Positions 1 to 12,671 of a DNA stretch of 46,938 nt are shown here, piece after piece. How positions within the stretch are numbered: position 1 is the first letter of the stretch; the number at the start of each line of letters is the position of its first letter. The translations under genes were made by a program, and so were the position numbers. The stretch is from the NCBI GenBank assembly GCA_902800255.1, contig CADCDV010000002.1, positions 1-46,938 on the forward strand, written 5' to 3'. The notes beneath the pieces are model-generated. The model saw only the letters and a list, made by a program, of their open reading frames with translations. It searched no databases and was not told where the DNA came from. Origin of the DNA: an uncultured Erysipelotrichaceae bacterium (lineage in GTDB: Bacteria > Bacillota_I > Bacilli_A > RFN20 > CAG-826).

Positions 1-610
1 CTTCGGTTCCATCCTTGTCGGATTCATCCTCGGTTATGGAATCGTTTGGCTTATCGTCCTTATCTGCAGAAAGCTTACTCGTGGCGCGACCAGCCGTTTC
101 TTCAAGAGAGGCCAGGTCGTTGCTAGCGCTCTTATGTCTTTAGCCCACGGCCTTCAAGACGGCGCCAAGTTCCTTGGTGTCTTCATGGTTATCGCCGTCA
201 TGCTTACGGTTGGCGGAGCGGGATATGTCCCAGCTGATTTCAACGCCATGCAGGGCATGTGGTGGATCGTTCTTCCTGTCGCAGCCGTCATCTTCGGCGG
301 CACCCTCATGGGTGGAAAATCCATCATCAAAACGATGGGCTCCGGAATGGCTAAACTTCATAAATATCAGGGATTTGCCACGGATATTGCAGCTGGCGTT
401 GGTTTAATTGCCGCTACAGTGTTCGGCCTTCCTATCTCTAGCGGCACCATCAAAGCGACCGCTATTTTGGGTGTTGGAGCCCAACGCAATCCTCGCCGCG
501 TTAGGTGGGGGAAAGCTGGCCAGATGGTTCTCTCATGGATCGCTATTTTCCCTGGTACGGCCATAATCGGATTTGGTTTGACCGCTCTCTTCGCGGCCAT
601 CTTCCATTAA
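1..610 (+). CDS. pit: PiT-family inorganic phosphate transporter, C-terminal part (5' end lies outside the window)
   Basis: The frame is open from nt 2. The translation ...RFFKRGQVVASALMSLAHGLQDGAKFLGV... matches the conserved second PHO4 repeat (..AHG.ND.QK-like) and is followed by several hydrophobic helices. Stop at 608-610. Confidence 0.8.
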   Translation, partial: FGSILVGFILGYGIVWLIVLICRKLTRGATSRFFKRGQVVASALMSLAHGLQDGAKFLGVFMVIAVMLTVGGAGYVPADFNAMQGMWWIVLPVAAVIFGGTLMGGKSIIKTMGSGMAKLHKYQGFATDIAAGVGLIAATVFGLPISSGTIKATAILGVGAQRNPRRVRWGKAGQMVLSWIAIFPGTAIIGFGLTALFAAIFH

Positions 611-626
611 ACAAAGGAGTAACAAA

Positions 627-1256
627 ATGGCAAAAAAAGCTCAGTCCAATTACTACTTCGACTCATTCCCAGAACTTGCTCATTTCTCAGTTGAATGTGG
701 TGAGCACATTCTTGAATTCATGAAGAATTTCGATCATGAGAAACTTTGGGAAATCAAAACTTCCGTCCATGAGATCGAGCACGCCGCAGACAAGAAAAAG
801 CATGCAACAACCGAAAAGCTCATGGAGGAATTCATCACCCCAATCGATAGAGAAGACATCCTATCCCTTCTTACCATGATCGATGACATCACCGACGCTG
901 TTGAAGAGCTATCTCTTAAGCTCTATCTATATGACTTCAAAGAGCTTCCACCTGATGCTATACCATTTATGGAACTCACCCTTAAGTCGCTTAGGGCCAC
1001 CGAAGAAGCTCTTAAATGCTTCCCTCACTTCCTTGACAAAGACATCATCTTCCCAGTTCTCAAGAACGTCATCCGTTTAGAGGAAGATAGCGATACTGAA
1101 TACATCAGCGATGTATCCGCACTCTATCGCCGTACAGATCTTGATGCCTTGACCATCTACAAATACGAAGCCTTCTATACGATGCTTGAAGAGATGTCCG
1201 ATAAGTGTCGTGAGGTCTGCCGTTTCGTTCAGACAATCATCTACAAGAACATCTAA
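627..1256 (+). CDS. DUF47 / PhoU-like phosphate transport regulator (YkaA-like)
   Basis: 209-aa helical protein lying 16 nt after pit, with an AAGGAG RBS. Motifs HEIEHAADK and IDREDI...D.ITDA are typical of DUF47 partners of PiT transporters. Confidence 0.75.
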   Translation: MAKKAQSNYYFDSFPELAHFSVECGEHILEFMKNFDHEKLWEIKTSVHEIEHAADKKKHATTEKLMEEFITPIDREDILSLLTMIDDITDAVEELSLKLYLYDFKELPPDAIPFMELTLKSLRATEEALKCFPHFLDKDIIFPVLKNVIRLEEDSDTEYISDVSALYRRTDLDALTIYKYEAFYTMLEEMSDKCREVCRFVQTIIYKNI

Positions 1257-1272
1257 AAATCGAATGAAAAAC

Positions 1273-1299
1273 GCCCCTAACATTGTTTAGGGGCTTTTT
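1273..1299 (+). terminator. Rho-independent terminator after the pit/DUF47 pair
   Basis: GCCCCTAA / TTAGGGGC 8-bp stem, 6-nt loop, then TTTTT. Confidence 0.8.
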
Positions 1300-1377
1300 G
1301 TTGCGCTCTACCCTTTCGCAGTTCACAATAATAAAGAAGACTTGCTTAGCAAGCAGCTTGAATCACTGGTAGTAAAT

Positions 1378-1935
1378 ATGAATCGTTTTTTACGTTGGAT
1401 TAACGTCCAAGCATATAAACACAATGGGCAACTTCACCGCCAATGGAGCCCAGCTTATTTAGCTGAGGAAACCGACGAGTATTGGGCTTTATGCTCCAAA
1501 TCCTCTTTGGTGACCGAATGCGATGGGCGTCGCTGGATGACCAATGAGCATGCCGTTTTCATTCTCTTCAAGAAGAAGTGGACCAATGTCATCGCGATGA
1601 AGAAGGCGAATGGTTATTGCTACTATGCAAACATCGCTAGCCCAACCATCCTTGATCAAGGCTTCCTCCGTTATATCGATTACGATCTCGATTTGAAACT
1701 CTTCCCTGACAAAGCCATCAAGGTTCTTGATGAGCAAGAATTTGAGCACCATGCTGTCCTTTATGGTTATTCCGCTGACCTCAAGGCCGTTATCAAGAAA
1801 GCCGCTAAAGACATCCATTCATTGATGGAAGGCAAAAAGTTCCCATTCATTGATTCTGAAATCAGAAGAATCTACCAAAAATTCGTCGACCAGACTGGAC
1901 CATTTATCGAGTCCTATCAGCCAAAGAACAAATAG
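1378..1935 (+). CDS. DUF402 nucleoside tri/diphosphate phosphatase (YgaC/Ntdp-like)
   Basis: The motifs YKHNGQLHRQW, ECDGRRWMT, YYANIASP and YIDYDLDLK resemble B. subtilis YgaC-type DUF402 proteins. I chose the ATG at 1378 because it gives the homologue-like N-terminal length; the ORF track starts at TTG 1342. Confidence 0.75.
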   Translation: MNRFLRWINVQAYKHNGQLHRQWSPAYLAEETDEYWALCSKSSLVTECDGRRWMTNEHAVFILFKKKWTNVIAMKKANGYCYYANIASPTILDQGFLRYIDYDLDLKLFPDKAIKVLDEQEFEHHAVLYGYSADLKAVIKKAAKDIHSLMEGKKFPFIDSEIRRIYQKFVDQTGPFIESYQPKNK

Positions 1936-2004
1936 TTACTATTTGGCTTAATCTTTAAAACCGAAAAAAAGAGCATATAATTTCTTCGCTCTGAGGTATC
2001 GGGC

Positions 2005-2466
2005 ATGAAATTCACTTTTACATCTAATTCAAAGGAACAAACAAGAAAACTAGGCGCGGTCATCGCTCCTCTTTTCGTTCCTGCCGATGTTGTTTTGCTT
2101 GAAGGTGATTTAGGTGCTGGCAAGACCACCCTTGTTGGAGGGGTTGCCGAAGCCCTTAAGGTTAATGAGGACGTTATCTCCCCAACCTTCAACATCATGA
2201 AGTGCTATTTCAAAGGAACCCTTCCTCTTTACCACATTGATGCATATCGCCTTGAAGGACAGAACATCGAACTTGGCTTAGAAGAATTCATCGAAGGCAA
2301 TGGAGTCACCTTCATTGAGTGGCCTCAATACATTGAGCCTCTTTGGCCAGATGAATATCTTGTTATTTCTTTAAGCCACAAAGGTGGAGATGCCCGTGAA
2401 ATCACTATCGAGAGCAACTGCCCACGTTTAGACAAAATCGTCGAAGCAGTTAAGGAGGCATTCTAA
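2005..2466 (+). CDS. tsaE: tRNA t6A37 biosynthesis ATPase TsaE
   Basis: 153 aa with P-loop GDLGAGKTT and the SPTF motif. It is the first gene of the conserved tsaE-tsaB-rimI-tsaD block. Confidence 0.9.
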   Translation: MKFTFTSNSKEQTRKLGAVIAPLFVPADVVLLEGDLGAGKTTLVGGVAEALKVNEDVISPTFNIMKCYFKGTLPLYHIDAYRLEGQNIELGLEEFIEGNGVTFIEWPQYIEPLWPDEYLVISLSHKGGDAREITIESNCPRLDKIVEAVKEAF

Positions 2467-3056
2467 TGGTTTCCTTGCTTTTAGATACCAGCAACACCAA
2501 CCTCTCAATCGGTTTGGCTAAAGATCACAAAGTCATCGACCAAGTGACTTATGAGGCTTGGCAGAAGCAATCCGAATTCTTAGTCAATGAGCTTGATATC
2601 CTTCTCAAGAAAAACAACCTCACGAGAAACGATATCGAGAAAGTCATCGCTGCAAAAGGACCTGGCTCATACACCGGAGTCCGTATCGCTTTGACCGTCG
2701 CAAAGGTCTCTGCGTTTGCTTTGAACGTTCCTCTCTATCTCGTCTCAAGCCTTGAAGCTTTGAAGGATGAGAACGAACCATCGATTTGTCTCATGAACGC
2801 CAGAAGCAAGAGATCCTATATGGGCGTTTATGACAAAGAAAACATCATCCTCGAAGACAAAATCGCCGACAATTCCGCGGTGCTTTCATATATTAGCGAG
2901 CATCCAGAGTACAAAGTCTGTGGCGATGTTGCCTATCTTGGCTTAGAAGCAAAACCAACTAAGAACCTCGAGATTCTTGCGAGAAGCGACATTGAGAGAA
3001 ACCTTGTAAAAGACCCTGTCGCTGCTAAGCCTGTTTACCTAAAGGACCTCTACTAG
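2466..3056 (+). CDS. tsaB: tRNA t6A37 biosynthesis protein TsaB
   Basis: 196 aa. LLLDTSN...GPGSYTGVRI motifs of the TsaB/YeaZ family. The start overlaps the tsaE stop by 1 nt (TAATG). Confidence 0.85.
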   Translation: MVSLLLDTSNTNLSIGLAKDHKVIDQVTYEAWQKQSEFLVNELDILLKKNNLTRNDIEKVIAAKGPGSYTGVRIALTVAKVSAFALNVPLYLVSSLEALKDENEPSICLMNARSKRSYMGVYDKENIILEDKIADNSAVLSYISEHPEYKVCGDVAYLGLEAKPTKNLEILARSDIERNLVKDPVAAKPVYLKDLY

Positions 3057-3057
3057 A

Positions 3058-3510
3058 ATGAAGCCAATCGAGATTCACAAAAGCAAGGAGAGCGAGCTTC
3101 AGGCAATCGCAATGCTTGAGGCGGCTTGCTTCCATGATCCTTGGCCATTAGAGCAGGTCGTCTATGAATGGAAAGAGAATCCTACCGCCAATCTCTATAG
3201 CGCGGTGATCGATGATGAAGTGGTGGGCTACATCGACTTCTTCATTACCTTCGACAGCGCTTCAATCGCAAGGATCTGCGTGGCTAACGAATACCGTAGA
3301 AACGGCATTGCCAAAGCCCTCATCGACAAGATGGTCGATGTTTGCAAAAAGCAAGAAGAGCCAGTCGACAATATCACCCTCGAAGTCAGAGAATCCAATG
3401 AAGCGGCTATCAAGCTCTACGAGAAGAATGGATTTGAATATATCACGAGAAAGAAAATGTATTATTCCGATGGTGAAGACGCCATTTACATGGTGAGGTG
3501 CATTATATGA
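3058..3510 (+). CDS. rimI: Ribosomal-protein-alanine N-acetyltransferase RimI (GNAT)
   Basis: 150 aa with GNAT acetyl-CoA motif RRNGIAKALI. Sits in the conserved position between tsaB and tsaD. Confidence 0.85.
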   Translation: MKPIEIHKSKESELQAIAMLEAACFHDPWPLEQVVYEWKENPTANLYSAVIDDEVVGYIDFFITFDSASIARICVANEYRRNGIAKALIDKMVDVCKKQEEPVDNITLEVRESNEAAIKLYEKNGFEYITRKKMYYSDGEDAIYMVRCII

Positions 3511-4409
3511 CGAGAATATTAGCAATCGAATCAAGCTGCGATGAGACCGCAGTTGCCATCACCGAAGATGGCAAGCTTCTTTGCAACGTCATCTCTTCCC
3601 AAGTCGCCGTCCATGCCAAGTATGGCGGAGTCATGCCAGAGATCGCCTCAAGGCTCCATTGCGAGAACATCGATGTTTGCCTCAAAGAGGCATTAGAGCA
3701 ATCCGGCCTCAAGTTCGAGGATATGGACGCCATCGCCGTCACTAGAGGCCCAGGCCTAATTGGCTGCCTCCATGTTGGTCTACAAGCCGCCAAGACAATC
3801 GCTGCTTTGTATAACAAGCCACTCATCCCAGTTCATCACCTTTGCGGACACATCTACGCGAATGAATACGCCGGTGAATTCAAGTTCCCAATGCTTTGCG
3901 TGGTCGTTAGCGGTGGTAACACCGAGCTCGTTCTCATGAAAGATCATCTCGACTTTGAGATTATCGGCGAGACCAAAGACGATGCGGTCGGTGAGTGTTA
4001 TGACAAGGTCGCTAGAGTCCTTGGCTTCCCTTACCCAGGCGGACTCCCAATCGACCAGCATTCAAAGCTTGGCAAACATACCTATAACCTTCCAAAGCCT
4101 TTGGCCCATGAAGGCTCATATGATTTCTCCTACTCTGGCCTTAAGACCAGCGTCATCAATCTTGTGAATCAGCTCAAGATGAAAGGCGAGGAAATCAGAG
4201 TCGCGAATAGCTATCTCCGTGAGCAGATGGCCCTTCGCTTAAAGAACACCGACATTGAGTTAATCATCCCGCCTCTTTGGTGCACGACGGATAACGCCGC
4301 GATGATCGCCAAGGTCGCTGAGAGATTATACAAAGAGAAACTATTCGCCCCGCTTACCCTTGGGGTGGATCCAAACTGGAAGATCAGCGATTTCAGAAAA
4401 TTTGAGTAG
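3507..4409 (+). CDS. tsaD: tRNA N6-adenosine threonylcarbamoyltransferase TsaD (short; appears to lack about 38 internal residues)
   Basis: ILAIESSCDETAVAI, GPGLIGCLHVG, HHLCGHI and CTTDNAAMIA are TsaD/Kae1 signatures. The ATG at 3507 overlaps the rimI stop (ATGA) and lies about 7 nt after GGTGAGGTG. See the tsaD finding for the missing GGVAAN-containing segment. Confidence 0.85.
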   Translation: MTRILAIESSCDETAVAITEDGKLLCNVISSQVAVHAKYGGVMPEIASRLHCENIDVCLKEALEQSGLKFEDMDAIAVTRGPGLIGCLHVGLQAAKTIAALYNKPLIPVHHLCGHIYANEYAGEFKFPMLCVVVSGGNTELVLMKDHLDFEIIGETKDDAVGECYDKVARVLGFPYPGGLPIDQHSKLGKHTYNLPKPLAHEGSYDFSYSGLKTSVINLVNQLKMKGEEIRVANSYLREQMALRLKNTDIELIIPPLWCTTDNAAMIAKVAERLYKEKLFAPLTLGVDPNWKISDFRKFE

Positions 4410-4488
4410 GATTTGCAGGGTATTTTGAACAAATTTGTTGCAATTAATCTAATTAATTGAATACTAGAAAGCGATAGAGGAGCTAAAT

Positions 4489-5868
4489 ATGCAGAAAAAA
4501 GCCATCAGCGTAAAACAGTTATACGCTATGCCAATCGATGAATTGGCAAAACTCGAAACAGTCACCGTCCAAGGATGGATCAGGACTAACCGTAACAGCG
4601 GCAACGTCGGTTTCATTCACCTTCACGATGGAACTTGCTTCAAAAACATTCAGGTCGTCTATTCTGCTAATAGCCCTTTCTTTGCTGAAGTCTCTAAATA
4701 CCCATTCGGCGCTGCCGTGAGATTCGAAGGCAAACCAGTTGCCACTCCAAATCTCCCTCAGCCATTTGAGATTCAGGCCACTTCCGCCGAACTCTTAGGC
4801 GATGTTGCCCCTGATTACCCTCTCCAGAAAAAGAAGACTTCATTCGAATTCCTTCGCGAAGAAGCTTATCTCCGTCCAAGGACCAACACCTTCGACGCCG
4901 TCTTCAGGGTCAGAAGCGTTCTTGCCATGGCCGTCCATACCTTCTTCCAGGAGAGAGGCTTCGTTTATGTCCACACTCCAGAAATCACCGGCAACGATGC
5001 CGAAGGAGCAGGTTCCGTCTTCACCGTCATCACTGACGCCAAAGACCCAATCAATGACTTCTATGGTCGTCGCGCTTCCTTGACTGTCTCCGGACAGCTC
5101 CACGTTGAAGCGTTCGCCCTTGCTTTCAAAGATGTTTACACCTTTGGTCCAACCTTCCGCGCCGAGAAATCAAACACCACGCGTCACGCCAGCGAATTCT
5201 GGATGATTGAGCCAGAGCTTGCTTTCGCTGATCTTGATGACGATATGGAATGCATCGAATCCTGCATCAAGTTCTGCATCAAGTATGTCCTTGAGCACTG
5301 CCCAGATGAGATGGATTTCTTCAACAAATGGATCGACAAAGGCGTTCTCGACAAACTCCACAAAGTCCTCCAAGCCGACTTCCGTAAGATGGAATATACC
5401 GAAGGTATCGCTCTCCTCCAGAAAGCCGTTGCCGAAGGACATAAGTTCGCGAACAACAAGATTGAGTGGGGCATGGACTTACAGAGTGAGCACGAAAGAT
5501 ATCTCACCGAAGAAATCGTCGGTGGACCTGTCTTCTTATACAACTATCCAAAAGAGATCAAAGCCTTCTATATGAAAGAAAACGATGACGGAAAGACCGT
5601 TGCTGCGGTTGATCTTCTCGTTCCAGGAGAAGGCGAGATCGTCGGTGGTTCCCAGCGTGAAGAACGTTACGACGTTCTCAAAGCCAAGATGGACAAGATT
5701 GGCAACACCAATGGTCTTGAATGGTATCTCAACCTTAGAAAATATGGTGGCTGCGTCCATAGTGGTTTCGGAATCGGCTTCGACCGACTCCTTATGTACA
5801 TCACCGGCATGGCCAACATCCGTGACACTGAACCTTACCCACGCACCTCGAATGCGTTAAAGTATTAA
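4489..5868 (+). CDS. asnS: Asparagine--tRNA ligase
   Basis: 459 aa class IIb aaRS: N-terminal OB fold, motif 2 FRAE...RH..EF.M.E, and C-terminal GGCVHSGFGIGFDRL. GAGGAG RBS. Confidence 0.9.
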   Translation: MQKKAISVKQLYAMPIDELAKLETVTVQGWIRTNRNSGNVGFIHLHDGTCFKNIQVVYSANSPFFAEVSKYPFGAAVRFEGKPVATPNLPQPFEIQATSAELLGDVAPDYPLQKKKTSFEFLREEAYLRPRTNTFDAVFRVRSVLAMAVHTFFQERGFVYVHTPEITGNDAEGAGSVFTVITDAKDPINDFYGRRASLTVSGQLHVEAFALAFKDVYTFGPTFRAEKSNTTRHASEFWMIEPELAFADLDDDMECIESCIKFCIKYVLEHCPDEMDFFNKWIDKGVLDKLHKVLQADFRKMEYTEGIALLQKAVAEGHKFANNKIEWGMDLQSEHERYLTEEIVGGPVFLYNYPKEIKAFYMKENDDGKTVAAVDLLVPGEGEIVGGSQREERYDVLKAKMDKIGNTNGLEWYLNLRKYGGCVHSGFGIGFDRLLMYITGMANIRDTEPYPRTSNALKY

Positions 5869-5870
5869 AG

Positions 5871-6014
5871 ATGGATATGAACGTCAAAGCACCTCTCACA
5901 CCAGAGGAGAAAAAACAAAAATCCAAGAATCGCATCTTCGGTTTGATGATCATCTTGGACGTTGTTTTGGCGTTGCTTATTATCTACGAGATCGTTGACT
6001 TATTCGTCTTCTGA
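5871..6014 (+). CDS. Small (47 aa) single-pass membrane protein, hypothetical
   Basis: Not in the ORF track because it is under 60 aa. The ATG is 2 nt after the asnS stop. Translation MDMNVKAPLTPEEKKQKSKNRIFGLMIILDVVLALLIIYEIVDLFVF has a basic N-terminus and one hydrophobic helix. Its C-ending codon use resembles neighbouring genes. Confidence 0.45.
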   Translation: MDMNVKAPLTPEEKKQKSKNRIFGLMIILDVVLALLIIYEIVDLFVF

Positions 6015-6686
6015 TTATCTCTTATCAGTACTTGATTGGGCGTCCTGAACTGGGGCGTCCTTTTTATCATTAAAGTAGTTGAAGTCCTCTAAGCTTTTCT
6101 CAAAGACGGTGTGGCTTCTTCTCTCGAGCATGATGGCGCGGGAAACATAAGCCTGGATGACGATGAGGTAATAGATGATGGCAGTGACCCAAAGAGGAAC
6201 GAGGATGTAGGCTCCCCAGTATTCGGCAACGAAGTGTGGCTCGTTAAGAAGCGGTGGCCATCTACGGAGTAAGTTGAGTCCCCAGAACTCGGCATAGTTC
6301 TCTGGGTTAGCCCAATCCCAAGTGTAGAGAAGGCTTGAGAAGTGACCAAAGTAATCTTCTGCCCAGATTCCGCTGGCGAATGAATAGACAAGATACATAA
6401 GGAGAGAAACGGCCAAGATGATGAAAGGAGGAATGGCTTGCTTGAAGAAGAGTCTGTTGTTCTTCGCGGCGCCATATTTCTTTAACTGCTCTGGCGTGGT
6501 GATGACTCTACTCGTCACGGCCTCATGGATTTCATAATCTATCCTTCTAGAGAAGCTCTTGGAGATGGTTCTCATAAGGACGCCGATAAGACCAAGGATG
6601 AGGAAGATGATAAGGAAAACGATGAGAAGGATGAAAAGCAATCTCTTATCGTTTTCGCTGAGGGCAAATTCAACTAAGGTTCTCAT
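6015..6686 (-). CDS. Hypothetical membrane protein (3rd gene of a coupled three-gene operon)
   Basis: 223 aa with about 3-4 hydrophobic helices and a Trp-rich loop (WDWANPENYAEFWG). The start overlaps the upstream stop (ATGA). I recognise no family. Confidence 0.6.
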   Translation of the reverse strand: MRTLVEFALSENDKRLLFILLIVFLIIFLILGLIGVLMRTISKSFSRRIDYEIHEAVTSRVITTPEQLKKYGAAKNNRLFFKQAIPPFIILAVSLLMYLVYSFASGIWAEDYFGHFSSLLYTWDWANPENYAEFWGLNLLRRWPPLLNEPHFVAEYWGAYILVPLWVTAIIYYLIVIQAYVSRAIMLERRSHTVFEKSLEDFNYFNDKKDAPVQDAQSSTDKR

Positions 6687-7279
6687 TGTTTGTCATCTCC
6701 TTCCGTAGGAGTGATTTCGATCATCTTGCTTGGGTCAGTCTCTTGAGCTGGCTCGGTGTAAGGGATCTGTTCTGCGTTTGGATATGGGTATGGAGGCTGT
6801 TGCTGAGGGATGCTTTCGTATGGCTGCTGTTGCGGAATGCCATTGTTATATGGCTGTTGTGGGATTCCATTGCCATAAGGTTGTTGCGGATATCCTTGAG
6901 GATAGCCTTGGAAAGGAGGCAGGTTTTGCTGTGGATTTTGTGGCATTTGCCCGTTTGGCGGGACTTGCGAGCCTGGCTGATAGTAGTTCTGCTGGATGTA
7001 GACCTGCGATGGGCCAGCTGGTTGCTGAGGTTGAGCAGGGGCAGGGTTCTCTGGCTCGGTTTTTCTGCGGAGCTCTTCGGCTTTGATCTTTTCGACTTGC
7101 TCATCTTCAGGAAGCGGAGCAAAGAAAGAATCGCCTTTGAAGAAACGGATGCAGCCTTTGAAGAACATGACGATCCAAACGAAGATCATCACGATTCCAA
7201 CCAAAAGCAAACCGGCTAGAAGAATCGGCAGTAAGAGTATGTAAACTAGGCCTAAGCCAAATTCGCGTAAGAATTTCAT
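6683..7279 (-). CDS. Membrane-anchored protein with a long P/Q/Y/N/G-rich low-complexity C-terminal domain
   Basis: 198 aa. N-terminal hydrophobic helices (LVYILLLPILLAGLLLVGIVMIFVWIVMFF), then about 105 aa rich in P, Q, Y, N and G with GIPQQPY-type repeats. ATGA overlaps on both sides. Confidence 0.65.
   Translation of the reverse strand: MKFLREFGLGLVYILLLPILLAGLLLVGIVMIFVWIVMFFKGCIRFFKGDSFFAPLPEDEQVEKIKAEELRRKTEPENPAPAQPQQPAGPSQVYIQQNYYQPGSQVPPNGQMPQNPQQNLPPFQGYPQGYPQQPYGNGIPQQPYNNGIPQQQPYESIPQQQPPYPYPNAEQIPYTEPAQETDPSKMIEITPTEGDDKQ
6788..6877 (-). repeat. Three imperfect ~30-nt tandem repeats encoding the (G/S)IPQQ(Q)PY(N/G/E)N units
   Basis: On the + strand, units start at about 6789, 6819 and 6849, each with ATGG(A/C)(G/T)GCTGTTG... 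Confidence 0.6.
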
Positions 7280-8169
7280 GAGTTCATTGTACCCTTTTTG
7301 TTTACAAATATTGAAACAAAACTAGTTAAAGAAATCGATATAAAAAAGATAGAGGCGAGTGAGATTCCGCTTTGTTCAGGGAAATGGGAGTTTAGCAAAG
7401 CGAAGAGGAAAAGGGAGGCGAGGAGCAAAACTCCGCCGAGAACATAGATCCAAAGCGGCTTTTTCTCAAAGAGAACGCTGGCCCCAACAAATGAGAAATA
7501 AATTCCGAAGACCATGAAGACATAGCACATATGGATCTCGATGAAAGCGAACGCCAAAGTGAGGCCGCCGAAAAGGATTCCTAAGCTTGGGCTGATGAAC
7601 CTTTCGACAGGGAAACTGAAAGCCTCTTTCGAGAACTTGTTCAAAACACCTTCGATGATGAAGAAGCTTAGGATGGTTTCAGCGATTGAATAAGTAACAA
7701 TGAACGCTGGGATGATTGTGTTCGTTTTGAGGTTAAGGATTGCCATCAAAGTGTCGATGATGTTGACGCCTGTGGTTAGAAGAAGAATTCCGAAAGCGCC
7801 AAGATTCAGAAGAACCTGAACAAGGGAAGTCAAAATGATCAAGAATTGCGAAGGGATTTTCTTGTCGCGAAGTAAGCCATAGAAGCTTCCGGACACGATG
7901 CTTGGAATGACGACAAATAAAGTGTCGCCCCAGTTGAAGAAGGTGAGGCCAAGACATAAGGCTGAAGAACCAACGACATAAGCGGCTAGATATTTGTTCT
8001 CTGTGTAATAGGAAGCGACCGCGCTCACTAGAGGAAGGAACAGTCCAAGAATGAGACTAGAAAAAGGAACGAGGGCGAGGATTAAAGAGAAAGCCCCCAT
8101 GATCGCGGCAAAGATACCCAAAAGGGCAAGATTACCGATCGGAGTGTCCTGTTTCTTGAACAACTTCAT
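7276..8169 (-). CDS. Polytopic membrane protein, hypothetical (1st gene of the three-gene operon)
   Basis: 297 aa with at least 8 hydrophobic segments. Divergent from pcrA. Family not recognised; possibly DUF2232-like or an S-component-like protein, but I cannot support either. Confidence 0.6.
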   Translation of the reverse strand: MKLFKKQDTPIGNLALLGIFAAIMGAFSLILALVPFSSLILGLFLPLVSAVASYYTENKYLAAYVVGSSALCLGLTFFNWGDTLFVVIPSIVSGSFYGLLRDKKIPSQFLIILTSLVQVLLNLGAFGILLLTTGVNIIDTLMAILNLKTNTIIPAFIVTYSIAETILSFFIIEGVLNKFSKEAFSFPVERFISPSLGILFGGLTLAFAFIEIHMCYVFMVFGIYFSFVGASVLFEKKPLWIYVLGGVLLLASLFLFALLNSHFPEQSGISLASIFFISISLTSFVSIFVNKKGTMNS

Positions 8170-8238
8170 GCTTTTATTATCTTCTTTAATTAAGTTAAAG
8201 AAAATACCCTCGAAGACCTAGAAGGTAAACATACTGAA

Positions 8239-8247
8239 TGGTATAAT
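8239..8247 (+). promoter_or_regulatory. Extended -10 element (TGgTATAAT) upstream of pcrA
   Basis: TG-N-TATAAT at 8239-8247, 16 nt before the pcrA ATG. There is no good -35 and no SD in between. Confidence 0.4.
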
Positions 8248-8263
8248 TTAACTACGTTAATAT

Positions 8264-12579
<4,316 letters not shown>

Positions 12580-12671
12580 AATAACGGCTTTTTGCCATAG
12601 ATATTTCAATATTTGCGAGGATTTTTAGAAAAATCTGAATCTTTTCTCTATATGCATATTGGAGAAGAGAT

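Noticed and set aside
4410-4488. Possible T-box leader upstream of asnS
   Set aside because: The spacer is only 79 nt. That is far too short for a T-box (about 200 nt or more), and no T-box consensus (AATTAGGGTGGTACCGCG-like) is visible.
6686-7219. 177-aa plus-strand ORF (and 6730-7086 +, 6721-7122 -) overlapping the P/Q-rich gene
   Set aside because: These are shadow ORFs created by the low-complexity, repeat-rich CAG/CCA composition. Their translations are Trp/Leu/Arg-rich nonsense with no RBS, whereas the minus-strand gene is ATGA-coupled to both neighbours.
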